A stretch of 64,000 nucleotides of DNA from the NCBI GenBank assembly GCA_030704615.1, contig CM060733.1, forward strand, positions 76,583,551-76,647,550. The letters are read 5' to 3'. How positions within the stretch are numbered: position 1 is the first letter of the stretch; each line of letters begins with the position of its first letter. A model generated the notes under the pieces. That model did not search any database. It saw only the letters and a program-made list of their open reading frames with translations, and had not been told where the DNA came from. Below are positions 14,528-27,989 of this stretch, in pieces. A program made the position numbers and the translations under genes. The DNA comes from Takakia lepidozioides (lineage: Eukaryota; Plantae; Bryophyta).

Positions 14528-15027
14528 NNNNNNNNNNNNNNNNNNNNNNNNNNNNNNNNNNNNNNNNNNNNNNNNNNNNNNNNNNNNNNNNNNNNNNNNN
14601 NNNNNNNNNNNNNNNNNNNNNNNNNNNNNNNNNNNNNNNNNNNNNNNNNNNNNNNNNNNNNNNNNNNNNNNNNNNNNNNNNNNNNNNNNNNNNNNNNNNN
14701 NNNNNNNNNNNNNNNNNNNNNNNNNNNNNNNNNNNNNNNNNNNNNNNNNNNNNNNNNNNNNNNNNNNNNNNNNNNNNNNNNNNNNNNNNNNNNNNNNNNN
14801 NNNNNNNNNNNNNNNNNNNNNNNNNNNNNNNNNNNNNNNNNNNNNNNNNNNNNNNNNNNNNNNNNNNNNNNNNNNNNNNNNNNNNNNNNNNNNNNNNNNN
14901 NNNNNNNNNNNNNNNNNNNNNNNNNNNNNNNNNNNNNNNNNNNNNNNNNNNNNNNNNNNNNNNNNNNNNNNNNNNNNNNNNNNNNNNNNNNNNNNNNNNN
15001 NNNNNNNNNNNNNNNNNNNNNNNNNNN
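14528..15027. other. Assembly gap (500 N)
   Basis: Run of N; the two flanks are unrelated sequence (host exon vs Gypsy RNase H). Confidence 1.
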
Positions 15028-17314
15028 CATCTTGAGACGACCTATCAGGGGGCGTCTTGGATGATGAGGGAAGAGAATTCGTAGTGGCTTATGCCGGTCG
15101 AACAACGCTGCAGAGACTAAATTTAGCTCATATGAGGGAGAGTGTTTAGCTGCAGTGTGGGCCGTGGCACACTTCAGGTGCTATCTAAACGGTAATCTCT
15201 TCACCCTTGTCACGGATCACCAGCCACTCAAGTGGTTGATGGAGTCAGACAAGCTTACGGAGAAGCTTGCATGGTGGGCACTCATACTTCAAGAATATGA
15301 CTTTCACGTTGTGCATCAACCGGATTTGGTTAATCGGGATGCGGATAGGTTGAGTCGCAATCCATGCATGAGCCAGCAGGATGACACTGGAGCTCGGTGG
15401 CATGGTGAGACGGACGAGGAGATGGTGCCCGGATGGCACACATCTTCATTTCCGTGTATCTTGGCAGCGGAAGGGCAGGTTGGACGTACAACAGGGATGA
15501 CTGTAAGCCGAGTGTCTGAGGACCCTGAGGCCAGCGATGAGCCACGTGGCACTAGAGATATACATGAGGATTCAGATGTGTTGGACTATCTCCGCACTGG
15601 AGACACAGCAGCCACTGTAACTGCCAAAGAGAAGGATCGGATCCTACAACGAGCCAAGAGGTTCAAGTGGGAGGGGACACACCTACTCCGAGTATGGGAG
15701 GATGATCGAGTGAGGATTGTGCCTCACCCAGCACAGCGGGCACGGTTAGTGCGGCATGCCCATGAGGAGTTGGGGCATTTTGGGGTGCGACGCACCCATA
15801 GTCTACTGCAGTGGCAGTATTGGTGGCATGGTATGCACACAGAGGTGCAACAATTTGTGGCTAGGTGCATGGTATGTGACAGGGTGCGTGCTTTATTTAA
15901 CGCCCCTACACCACAATTACACCCTCTTCCGATCATGGGATTGGGCTACAGGTGGAGTCTTGACTACGCAGGGCCGTTGCCACCCACAACAAGTACGTGT
16001 TGGTGATGGTGGAGCACTTCTCCAAGTGGATCGAGTTGGTTCCATTGCCTGATAAAGCTAGTGAGGGAGCTGCGTATGCATTCTTGGATCGTGTACTTAG
16101 CCGATTCGGTGCTCCAACTGAGGTACTCACGGATCAAGGGAGAGAGTTCTTGGGGGAGTTTCAGGCGTTGTGTGACAAGGCCTTATTAGACCATCGCACC
16201 ACTTCTCGGGATCATCCTCAGGCCGATGGCTTGGCAGAGAGGGTTGTGCAAACGGTTAAGAGGGGTTTGCGCAAGTATGGCTTGCAGAAGAGACACCTTA
16301 GAGATTGGGACCTTCAGCTACCCTGGTTAGCCATGGGCTACAGGTTCAGCAAGCAAGCATCACTCGTTCTCGCCTTATTTCCTTCTCTTTGGCCGAGAGC
16401 CAGATGTGTCTGCATCTATTCGCAGGGAGGTTGCAGTAGTCCTCAATCCTGACAATCCGGATGTGTGGGATGTGTATGTGGTCAGCGCGTGGAATTGTTC
16501 AAGAAAGTCATGCCCATGGCGAACCTTGCCATTTGCACAATATCGTGATACGTTGAGGTATGCTATTATACGTGGTGGGGGCTATCGTCCTGGGGTTCGG
16601 AGATTTCACCCTGGTGACTATGTTTATCTGCAGCAGACTGCTCCAACGACCCTGGATGTGACTACAGGATGTGTTATTTCGAGAGGTATTGCCCTCAGGC
16701 GTCCTGATCTTGGAGGGTCGGGATGACATGACTTGGAAAGACCATGTGCATAATTGCGCGCCATGTCACCTTCCGAATGTCGATGGCAGGATTGACCCAA
16801 ACCTGGCAGTGGTACCTACAAGTTTGAGGTGCATGTTATGTGGGTCTACTAGAGGGGCAGCCACCATGCTGGTGTGTGATCGATGCTCTAGAGGTTGGCA
16901 TATGGGATGCTTGACTCCACCTCTTGAGATGGTTCCTGATAGGGATTGGTTATGTCTGCATTGCATTGGATAGTGGGAGTGGATACAACCATGGAAGGCT
17001 AACAAGAATGCAAGGCCAAGCTACTAGGAGACCAACACACGAGATTCTGGCTCAAGTTCACAGATTGCAAGACGACGACTAACGATGGGACTACTCTTGT
17101 ACCCGGCCTCTTGGTCTGTAGAGTTTGAGTACAATAGGAACAGTGATAGAGGACTTAGTACGGCTGTGGCTATTACATCTTGTAGCTATCTGGAGTTAAA
17201 AGGACCTAACCACCAGCTAGGGGGGCGATTGTGATAGACTACTTTATTGTGCATATATGTGTGGTGTGGTTTGGACATCGATGTAGTTGTGTAGTGATAC
17301 GTATGCGCACGACA
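15028..17314 (+). mobile_element. Ty3/Gypsy 3' fragment: RNase H, integrase, C-terminal PHD finger, PPT and start of 3' LTR (degenerate)
   Basis: RNase H: LVTDHQPLKWL. Zinc-binding domain: HEELGHFG...CMVC. Integrase: WSLDYAGP, VLTDQGREF, DGLAERVV. PHD: C-x2-C...CDRCSRGWHMGC...WLCLHC (~16830-16970). AGGGGGG PPT at ~17219 is followed by TGTGATAG at 17230. The right boundary is approximate. Confidence 0.9.
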
Positions 17315-19231
17315 GCTGTCAAGTTAAATAAACACAGTGTGAAACTAACTAGAATAAATCTAGTTATTTGTATTTAACACTTGAAATTAGTTCAAATGTT
17401 AAGTCAGGTGTCAAGATTAGCTTGACACCTGAACCATCTTATCTTCACGAGCTCGTCAGTCGTGCGGCTCATCTCTCTCGAGTTGAGCCTGCACGACCGA
17501 GCTCCCTCACTGCTTAACATCTGAGTGTACTTATGGAGGGAGAGTAGGATGTTGTGGGGTGGAGTCCCCATAGCTTGGGGTGCCCCTGGCTCGACTCTTA
17601 TTTTAACGAGTGATTGTGTTGTGTTTGTGTTTCTATGTCATCAGACACTGTGAGTTTAGTTTTTAGATCATTGTGGTAGACCAGAGAGGAAAATGAATAA
17701 TCCCTCGGACAAGAATCTTGGTGGAGATGGAGGGCAGAAATGTCATAATTAGGATGGATGAAGTACGGAGTATCTAGAGAAAGGTGTATGGAATACCAAA
17801 TGCCCATGTAATCAATTATTATCTACAACCCCCACTAAATCAACCACTAGTGGTTGTAGATAATTTATTGAGGGTTAATATAATAGGCAAATAGTATGCA
17901 TAGGCGTACCAAATTTCCATGTCTTCATCCCACTTGTTCATTAAATATTCTCTAATAAACTTTTAGATCCCTTAACATTATGTTTAGATGCTTTCATTTT
18001 TTATTTATTGGGCATTTGGTAGAGAGAGAGGAGACTCTGGCCGAAGCCGGCGTAACTAAGAGCCACTTCGCCTTGCGGCTACTGCCCTTTTGCGGGGGTG
18101 GGCCCTATAATGGGCATTTGGTATATAAAAGAATGTCATTTGACCACGTCCCTCAATAAATCAACCTACTTGTACACCACCAAAGTTAGTGGCACCACCA
18201 ACTTTGTTGGCGCCACCAACGTAACTAGTGGTGCTCGACATATCTTGGAGAGCCTTGCAAGTGCACATGAAATTTCACAACCACCCAACAATTGTTGAGA
18301 CATGGCACTAGACAACTCACTCACATATGTGTGGCTAGCTGGGTTCATGATATGGGACATGGATTCCATCATTGTCTTACTATTTTCTCTACCTAGAACT
18401 ATCGTGATATGTATCATACAAGATCATCCTTCCCGGGGTCTCTTCGCTCTCCTCCCCGCCGCCACCTTAACCATTTCCTTAGTCATGACAGCTAACATTT
18501 CATGTTTCTTCCATATTTTCAGAACCTCAGTTATTATTAACGCTTTCCTTAGCAGTCCTGCCATTCTTACTGGAACTAACGCACGTGCAGTGCACTCTTC
18601 TCTCTCTATCGTTATTGCTTCGAATTCCCTCTTCGTCTCGCTGTTCAAGCATGTGCTTAGCCATGGTCCTTACTTTCAAGGCCTGCATTTTGGCTACGCG
18701 CTTCTTACGACCAATCTTGTGATCGATTTCACCTCTTATGTTGCAACCCTCATCACCAGAACCTTGCGGCCTCTTCCGTGTCCCCATTAAATAGTCATCG
18801 ACACTTAGGCTGCTAAAGCTTGTCAATGGAATGCCCCCAACCACCGCAGGTTGTACCGGCTCTTTAAGAACAGGGCATATAGATCATACTCGTATGTGGT
18901 CACCTTGATCGTTGGGCTTATTGATTGCTGCTTAGGACTGCTCCCATGGCTGCTTCTGGTCTCTAGTACTGCTCTTTCTTCCAGAGATGGACCCTTCCAA
19001 GATCTCATTTTGAGCCTGCTCCTGCCCCACTCAGAATTTGCTGCCCCTTGCAACTTCCCATCACGAGGCTGCCTGCCAAAATAAGCGTTTCTCCCCCCTG
19101 CCACCAAGAGTTGCTTAACAAGGATCTTACCTCCAGATGTTTGAACCCACCAATCTCGGTTTTGATCCGCTTTGCAATGGACCCACGTGTTGCCTTGATG
19201 ACTGACCCCACTTGGCCAATACAGATCCGAG

Positions 19232-21711
19232 GAATGCTAACTCATAAGCCTGCTCATGAGCTCACGTGAGCCTGTGAGCTTGACTAGGCTTACGTAAGCT
19301 TGGGAAAGGGTCTGTAACCGCGGATATTTCACCTATTTCCGTGCATTTCTGTACATTCGCCTCTTGCCAATAATTATCCCATGATTGAATGACAACATCG
19401 GCCACAACAACTTGTTGAGCGAAAAAGAATGTAATCACAAAAATCAATTTCATTGACGATACCCAAGTTTATGCTCATGTGAGTTCAATTTTGGACAAGA
19501 GCTTGAAAGGGAGAAACCACAAAAATAAATAAAGATTTAAAAAAAAATGCTGACGAAACCCAAGTTTGTGCTCACGTGAGTTCAACTTTGGACATTCTTA
19601 GATACGATGAGTTTACACTGTCGAACAACGAAATACTGCACATGGTGTCCTATTTATGGGTAGTTGCAGGCTACGATGATTATATTTTTGTGTCACAGCA
19701 CGTGGTTTACATGACATAGTTTGATTCAATTGTACCTTAGAGACGAATTTTTATTACAACGATGAATTGGGATTCCCTCTTACTACTACAAGCTCTAATC
19801 TTTAAATTCTCACCAAGAAATGAAGTTGATTTGTCGAAGTAATGGACTTTGTCACAATCCATAAAAAAGGTGTTATGGACTTTTTGCACTCACTATAGAA
19901 AACAAATATGATAAAAGAGACTCATATTAGTATTGCTCTACTCTTAAAGATACTAAAGTCCTATAGAGACCATAAAAAAAAATGAAAGTTCTTACTTCTA
20001 TATATTATTGTGACTGATTTTTGCCAAAATACATGAATGCATGGAAACAAAATAAAACAATGGACTTGCTTCACTAAGAGGTACATTTTATGTAGATGAA
20101 GAGTAGCTTGAGTCCCACTATGTGAGATAATGAAAATATAAAAAATAAGAAATAAAATAAGAAAATAAAAATAATGTCTGTTACTAGGAAAAATAAAAAT
20201 AATGCCATAGTATTTGTTACCGTCAACTTTAGATAATCCATATCTTTCAGCATGGATAAATCTAGCGACTCAAGTTTTTCCATAATCATTAAATCAAAAT
20301 TGTAAAAACCCTTGGGACTTCTTGTGTAGGCCACCCTTGGAGTTTTCTGAGCCATCGTAGCTTGCTTTCACCCTTATTTTGGATGTCCTATTACTTTCCC
20401 TTCATTGCCTCTTATGTAGGTGTTGACGCCCACATAATTCATGGGCCTCCCACAAGTCCTCCAATGACACAATATTTTTTTTTTTCAAAAATAATAAAGT
20501 GGGGACTTATGTGGGTGTTGACGCCCACATAATTCATGGACCTCCCACACGTCCTCCAATGGCACAAAAAAAAATTAAAATTAAAATTAAAATTGAGAAT
20601 TTGTATGGGTGTTGCCCACATAACTCATGGATCTCCTGCAAGTCCTCCAATGACAAAAAAAACCCCCCTCCCTTAAATTTTTGATTTTTTAAAATATAAA
20701 ATATGAGGACTTATGTGGGCGTTGATGCCCACATAATTTGTGGACCTCCCACAAGTTTTTCAATGACAAAACCAAAAATAAAAATAAAAATAAAAATAAA
20801 AAATCCAAAATTTTCAGAAAAAAACATTAATATAAAATATGAAGACTTATATGGGCGTTGACGCCCACATAATTCGTGGACCTCCTATCTTCCAATGACC
20901 AAAAAATAGATTAAATTATTTTTCAAAAAATAAATTAATATAAAATGTGAGGACTTATGTGGATGTTGACGTCCACATAATTCGTGGACCTATCGCAAGT
21001 CTTCCAATGACACAATAAAAAATAAAACTTTCAAATTATTTCGAAAAAAAACAAAAAACATATCGTAACATAACATAGTTTTGTGAGGTCTAGGAATTAT
21101 GTGGTCGTCAACGTCCACATAAATCCTTACACCTAATTATAGGCACATAATGAATACAACGATACGATTCCATTTTTTCAAATGACGTTGTGGTATTCTC
21201 GTGGGAATAGGTCTACATTTGTCTTTGCTTATGACCACTGAGTGTGACGCCCAAGCTTATGTTTAGTGGGTCAAGCGTGAGCTTGGGTTCATAGGCTCAA
21301 GTGAGTAAACTTATGGCGTAGCTTCCTTCCATGCTCTGGGATGACACAATCTGGAAGATGACATGTAACCCATTATGCACCTACAGGCGTCGATTTCTCC
21401 TGCTTTGTCCTACCACAAAGAGCTCTTTCTGAGACATTTAAGACTTCAGGAGTAGATGATAAAGGTGGATGGAAAAATGTGCATGATAAAGCTAAGTTAT
21501 AAAGGTACATGATAAAAGTGGATGGTAAAGGTGCATGATAAAGGTGAATGATAATGTGACAATGACTGAAAAAAGAAATTAATACCGCGGAAATAAGAAC
21601 CTCCCGCGGACATACGTCCAATATGATGGAAATAATTGCATGACGTGCCGTGAGCTTGGCTGGGCTCACAGGCTCACAGGTTCACGCCTCCAGGCTCACG
21701 ATATAGCATTG
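19232..21711. mobile_element. Non-autonomous relative of the 47.8-kb Mutator-like element
   Basis: Left end GAATGCTAACTCATAAGCCTG...CTCACGTGAGCCTGTGAGC and right end GCTCACAGGCTCACAGG...GGCTCACGATATAGCATTG are imperfect inverted copies. They resemble the GATGCCTCGGCGTGAGCCTGG end at 47803. The element shares a TACCGCGGAAA motif and a GGATG-rich tract with it. No TSD was found. Confidence 0.6.
20412..21122. repeat. Array of 7 palindromes, consensus TTATGTGGGCGT-TG-ACGCCCACATAA, in ~95-140-bp degenerate tandem units
   Basis: Copies start at 20412, 20507, 20601 (partly deleted), 20711, 20847, 20955 and 21097 (inverted orientation). Confidence 0.92.
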
Positions 21712-22979
21712 TGCCAGAGCATGTTGGTACACCCCCCATCAGCAGTAGTGTGGTCGAGTGCAGATCCAAACCAAGCTTCGCTGTCAATGTCATATTGAAC
21801 TTCTCTGTCTTACATACCGCAGTGATAAACATGGATTTAAATATCTACAATTATGATTTGTGTTCCATTGAACTGACATCCATTATCTTTTTCCAGCCTT
21901 CCAAACCATCAAGTCGAGAAACCAATGCTCCAAGGCCCTGCGTGTATTCAGTGCAAATAAAATTCAAGACATCGATCGCACCAGCCATGTTTGGGCTTGC
22001 CAGACATATGTACCAACCTTCATTTACATTGTAGTCATGAATCAGAAATTGTACATAGCCACACAACACAGTGACATATAAGTACTACCATGCATGCATG
22101 ACAATGTACAAAAAGACATAACAATAAATAATTGGTACACATCATTGCAACACACGCAGGTGGGTCAGTTATTTACATAACGGGTAGCCCCTACTGAATT
22201 AGAACCATGCTCTTGTCGCTGTTTTTGCTCCCAGAAATTTCGAATCGAAGTGGAGAACGACCACTTGTTTTAGCCTACACATAAGATATGAGAGCTAATA
22301 TCAGTGTCATCCTCTAAGCAGCGAACCAAATGACAAAAGACCTCACTAGCTTAATATATTGACAAATGTCACTTGACAGACAGATTTACGAAATGTTCCT
22401 CAACGCCACTGAGACCACTACGTCCAGATCTCAAGGGGATACCAACATGTTATCTTTTGTCATTCGGGCGTGTTCCATTGCCTCACTAATTCTGCCCAAG
22501 TCTTGTCCGCAACATAGTGGGATTTAGGCTTCCTACGGGAGTACACTGTTCTAAACAGTTTGATGCGCAAATATTTAATCACGTCTCCAATCTCAGTCCG
22601 AAGCTGGACGTCAGTTAATACGGGAGGTAAATATTCCCAATTTTTTGATAATATCTCACAAACCTCATCAATCACACCTTGAGGTTGAAAATAGATGGAA
22701 ACAAACAAAGTCCAGCAGACGTTGGCAATGTCATCACAGTTGTAACCCTTTTTGCCTTGCGCAAAAAATTGTTTCTGTCCCTGCCAGTTAAATGTTTAAC
22801 ATCTAGAATTATACTCGAATCACGAGCTTTTTTTACTCCCTCGGAACCTGCAATATGGGGCCCTGTGTGCGAGCCACTACTGAACATGAGTCACTATTGA
22901 ACAATTGCGTTTTTCTGCGGATAATTAATGTAACATTCCCCTTCAGGCAACTTCTCTACTCCATCATGGAAGCAGCTTA

Positions 22980-23720
22980 TTGAGACCACCAGTACTGGTG
23001 TTCCCATAAAATTCAAAATAATTTAATTAATTTAAGACCGTCGATGCTGGCGATCCTATTATAATTAATAAATATTTAAATTCAAGACCACCACCTCTGA
23101 TCGTCCTAATTTTAAGAAAGATAATTAATCGTTAGCTCTGACAGCCTCAGTTTTGAAGAAATTATTTAATAAATTTGGGACCGCAAGCTCTCGCGGTCCT
23201 AATTGTTTTTTAAATATTTAATAAAACATGACAGACAAAGCTGCGATCCCACGTTTTATATTTTTTGGGATAAAATCGGGACCGCCAGAGTTGACACTAC
23301 CAAATTTCCTAATTTTTTTCCTTAAGTTGTTTTGGATAAAATCTGGACTACCATAGCTGGCGGTCACAATTTTCTTTTTGGAAGGTAAAATTGGGTTCGC
23401 CAAAGCTGGCGGTCTCAATTTTTTATTTTAAAAAAAATATTTTTGTGGATAAGAATGAGACCACTAGACCTAGTGGGATTTTTTTAATTTTTTTTGATGA
23501 CTGCCAACGGTTTTAATGGTTAATTTGAAACCGCCGAAACTGGTGGTCCCGATTCTTTTTTGAAATAATTTTATTTTTCTTGAGATTAAATTCGGACCGA
23601 CAGAGGCGACGTTTTCTTTTAGTTTTTTTAACTTTAATTTAGTAAAATCGGGACCGTCGGCTCTAGTGGTCCCGATATTTGTTTTTCAATAAAATCAGGA
23701 CCACTAGTTGTCCCGATTTT
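22980..23720. repeat. CACTA-type subterminal repeat field (GACCGCCA...TGGCGGTC in AT-rich spacers)
   Basis: Many degenerate GGGACCGCCAGAGCTGGCGGTCCC units; the same motif recurs at 24290-24450, 30680-31260 and 33330-33830, next to CACTA transposase relics. Confidence 0.65.
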
Positions 23721-23765
23721 ATCTAGTAAAACATCTCGTCCCCTGTTCGGTTTAAAATAATTAAT

Positions 23766-23799
<34 letters not shown>

Positions 23800-24831
23800 C
23801 CCTATATGCTGCAACACGTTGTACATGTCATTATACGAGACTGAATAAAAATGAAGGTCAAATTCACATATGCGGCACCTCACTTAGATGGTGCTTTGGA
23901 GACCTGTGATAGATGGTTATTTCAGTTTGTACGGGAGCATAATATCGATGTGTGATAATACTTATTACTAGACAACTTCAGTTTTATCTATGTGATTTAT
24001 TGGAAGAGTAGTGGAATATCAAAGCACTTTCAATATAATATGTGAAATGATTTAGATGAAGTCATCTGATGAGGGGATTTTGTACATGTAGAGCTAATTG
24101 ACTATTGCATGTGGATTTTTGTTTTTTGTACATATAGAATGTATGTGCATATGTCTTACTGATTATATTGATAAGGTTTGGAATGTGCTCAAATAGACAT
24201 TGTGTTGATGTTCAAAATTTGTATGATAGAAAATTTCCATTAATAATACTTTAATATCCTCTATCTTTCGTATATTGAATTAAATTTTCTCTTGTTCCAG
24301 CAGTCCCAATCTCTTTATTTATTTTGGGATTGAATCAGAATCACAAGCTGGTGGTCCTATTTTTATTTTATTAAAAACAAATCGAGAATGTCAGAGCTGA
24401 TGGTTTTTTTTGTAATTATTTTTGTATATATCAATACATATATAAAATCAGGAACGTCACGTTTATTTTAGTGCTTTTATTGATAGGATTATTGAGCTGC
24501 TTTGGTTTATAGGCAACATGGGCTGGCCTTTAATTTTGAAGCTTTTATATAGAGAAGAAAGTCTAGTGATGAATTTGAATAGTTGTCGTCTATTATATCT
24601 CAAACATATGTACTTTTGAATCGTTCCTATGCATAAAAACACACGTCAAGATTCACATGTGACTATAAGATAAACAAACTCAATAAATAACAAATTTACA
24701 AACATTTAGAAATGCAATTACATTGCATACCTCAACCATAAGATGCCCATTATCAGATGTGCAAATGTTCACAAATGGATCTGCGTCAACAAGTGTCTCC
24801 CCAATACATTTAGTTTATGATTGAAGGACTT

Positions 24832-25468
24832 TGTCACGGACATAGCCCAGAAGAACTCATTAGTAATCATCAAAAATTACCAAATTACTGAAATTTACTA
24901 AGTTACTAGAAATTACTATGATTTATCAAGAATTATCATGAGTTATTATGAGTTCATAAGTTACAAAGAGTTACCAAATTACTAAGAATAACTCGGATAA
25001 CTGCTCATGAAGCTTCCTTGGTTGAAGAAACTTCTTATGAAACTTCATTTGGTTGAGGAAGCTTCTCAGGATACTTCCTTTGGCTGGAGAAGCTTCTCAA
25101 GAGACCATGTGGTTGAAGAAACTTCTTCAGAAACTTCCTAGGAACTAGTATATATATAGGAGGCGAGACTGGACACTCCTCAGTCTCGCCAACACAAGTT
25201 CGAGCTACTCTTACTTCCAATTCCAGTATTCCTGCCCAATTTCCAATATATGGTATTCTAGTCCAGTTTCTAGTATTCCAGTATTCCAGTACTCAAGTAC
25301 AGTTCCAAGATCTTATATTCTTGTCCTTATGTAAAGACTACATAAAGTTCATTTGATTCATGTTCACCCATAGTGTGTATTCGACCACGCCGACCTTGAC
25401 TCCTTGTCTAGTCTTGTACCTCTAATCTGATATCTTGTTTGAGTTCAGTCATGTTCTCGTCCTTGACA
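24832..25468. mobile_element. Solo LTR (637 bp) with 5-bp TSD GACTT
   Basis: Ends TGTCACGGAC...GTCCTTGACA; GACTT at 24827-24831 and 25469-25473; TATA-like run at ~25149. Confidence 0.9.
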
Positions 25469-25539
25469 GACTTATGCTTTAAAGCTCTTCCAATATCTTA
25501 TTTTTCTCAAATACAGGTAACTCATTGTTTGATTTGGTG

Positions 25540-26300
25540 GACTTCATAGAGAACTCAAAGTCATCTTTCACAGCCTCTTCTGCCGACCACACATTTGTGA
25601 ACAAAATGCCGAAACACCATAACTCTCAACACTTTATGAACCTCAATATCGAATGTGGCCCAATTGGGACCCTATACAACCCACTGTAGCTTTAGCACAA
25701 GATGGATTATCGCATATGACCATGTTTGTTATCCTTTGAGCATCCCCCTCAGCAACTATGCATGTTTGCATCACTGAACATTACAAAGGAAACAATTTTG
25801 TGTAGTATTTCATCCACGTATCAACCATAAGATACATGGAATTGCTTGAGATCTTGCTACGAGCATGAGCAAGAGTAGACATGGACATCAATCCTGACAT
25901 TTTTACTCTATATAATACCTCAAGAACATCAAATGACCAAAAAATTGAAATATTTATTTCTTCATGTCCACAAATGCTTGATGAGTTAGCTTCAACCTCA
26001 GTATGTTGTTATCGAGAGATGATACAAACACCTCCAAGTATGTCTAAAATAATATTTTTGTATAAGTACCAATATATAACATACAACTTTGCAACCAAAT
26101 ATTTTGAAAGCAAAATAAACCAAATGTATACATACCTCAGGATCATTGAAAATTTGTATCCATGCCTCGATTAGGATTTGCCGCAATGGACTTTATAAAT
26201 CCGCAGTTGCATCATCGACAAATGTGAACTTATTTTCTCATAAAGTGTATTTAATCTTCAATGGTGTAAACCAAACTTGTGACATGATTGTGTCGGTTAC
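25540..26300 (-). pseudogene. Highly degraded CACTA (En/Spm) Tnp2 C-terminal relic
   Basis: LRQIL...VCIHLVYFAFKIFGCKVV resembles the Tnp2 LR.IL...L..FF..IC.KV segment; many stops. Confidence 0.45.
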
Positions 26301-26469
26301 GTTATATTACGTTAAGTCGCATCAGATTAGACGCTAACGTGACCTATGCCACGTCCATATTTTTATTATAAAAATAAATATGTATGAGGGATAAGAAAAG
26401 CTATCATATCACATTGACTGACATGTTGGCATATTAACAACACGACAATTAATTAAAAAATAAAATAAT

Positions 26470-27310
26470 TACTGCGACTACCATATATAGATGATCGCAT
26501 CCAAATAAAAATTTAAAAAATACATACGACCGCCAATAATGTTAGTCGTACATAATGTTCTAAAAAATACGTGCAATCGCTAAAATACGGCATTCGCATG
26601 ATATTTTCTTTACTTAGAAATATATATTACTGCCAAAATCTGGCAATTGTAAGATGTTTTTAATAAAAAATATGTGCGACCACCAAAATTTGACGGTTGT
26701 ATGTAATTTATTTTTAAATAATTATATGCGACGGCCCAAATTTGGCAGTCGTATGTAATTTAATTTAAATAAGTGTAATATAATGTAATTTAAATAAGTG
26801 CGATCGACAATTCTAGCTGTAGCACATATTAAAAAATAAACAATTACATGCAACTACCAACCTTGACGTTTGCATCAATTTCTTTAAAAATAAATCTCCA
26901 AAAATATATTAAAAATATTACATTCGATCACGGGCCTTAGTGATCACATCTATTTTCTTTAAAAATAAAAATTTATTTATTTTATTTTGTTTTACTTTCT
27001 CAAAATTATGAGCAATCGCCAATTATGGCGGCCGCACCTATGCGAATAAAAAATACCTACGACCCCCAGCCTTGACAATCACACTGATGTTTTGAAAAAT
27101 AAGAGTGTTTTTTTTCCGAAAATATGTACGCCCGCCATTTATGGTAGTCGCACCTATTAAGAAAATAAAACATATATGTGACCGCCATAATTAACTGTAC
27201 TTGTTGCAATCAAAAGAATAAAAAAATATATGTGACGTTCAATTATGGATAATGGTGGTCGTATATATTATAAAATAAATGAATGTATGCGACCGCCATA
27301 ATTGGTTGCA
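26470..27310. repeat. Second CACTA-like subterminal repeat field (TGCGACCGCCA...TGGCGGTCGCA variant)
   Basis: Many degenerate copies separated by AT-rich spacers. Confidence 0.6.
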
Positions 27311-27989
27311 CCTATGAAAACCCGAAAACGTCGCCTCACTTTAGAGTGCTGTTACTGTTGCTTGATAAATATTCAATGTTACATACTTTATAAATTTTGC
27401 GTTTGTAAGTTTATATCCAACGGTTCGAAATTGATTTATTCACATATTAAAAAAAAATTATGATCTAAATATAAATAATACGGAAGTATGTTTGATTCTT
27501 GAAACAAGTGTAGTACGTTAACTATTTATACATGTGTTCAAGACCTCCCAACTATATGGCTCTGCAGCCCACGTTAGTTCCTGATCTGCTTTCTAGATGA
27601 CTGATTCCATCTGGTCCACCTCTCCTGCTTTTCCGTAAGTGCATGTTTGATTGTTGGCGCAAATGAATTTAACAAAAGTTATGTTCGCCTGAATGTGGCG
27701 CAAATCATCCATGAAAGTTGTAGGGCGCTAACTCGTCCGTGAATTGCATGGTCGATGATTTTTTTTTTTTAGGATAACTTGTCGGTACTGTAGGTCGAAA
27801 TGCCAAAACTTTTGATCTTGACGCGGGTGGAAGGGATTGCATTGGGTTTATCCCCGAGGACGTCGCATCTGCAAATGTACAAAAAAAAATTTGGGTCGAT
27901 AGTCGTCTTTTTCTCGAAATACGGTCTTTGTAACCTTCCGTGCATTTGACTTCATCACTATGAAGTCCAAATCATCTTGCTCATTTCTG

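Noticed and set aside
14098-15105. Long ORFs spanning the N run
   Set aside because: Artefacts of translating through the assembly gap; adjacency of gene and Gypsy across the gap is unverified.
18098-19211. Cluster of short overlapping ORFs
   Set aside because: No recognisable motifs; probably decayed TE interior.
21851-22900. Short minus-strand ORFs, possibly CACTA accessory (TnpA-like) relics
   Set aside because: The context fits, but there is no diagnostic motif I can support.
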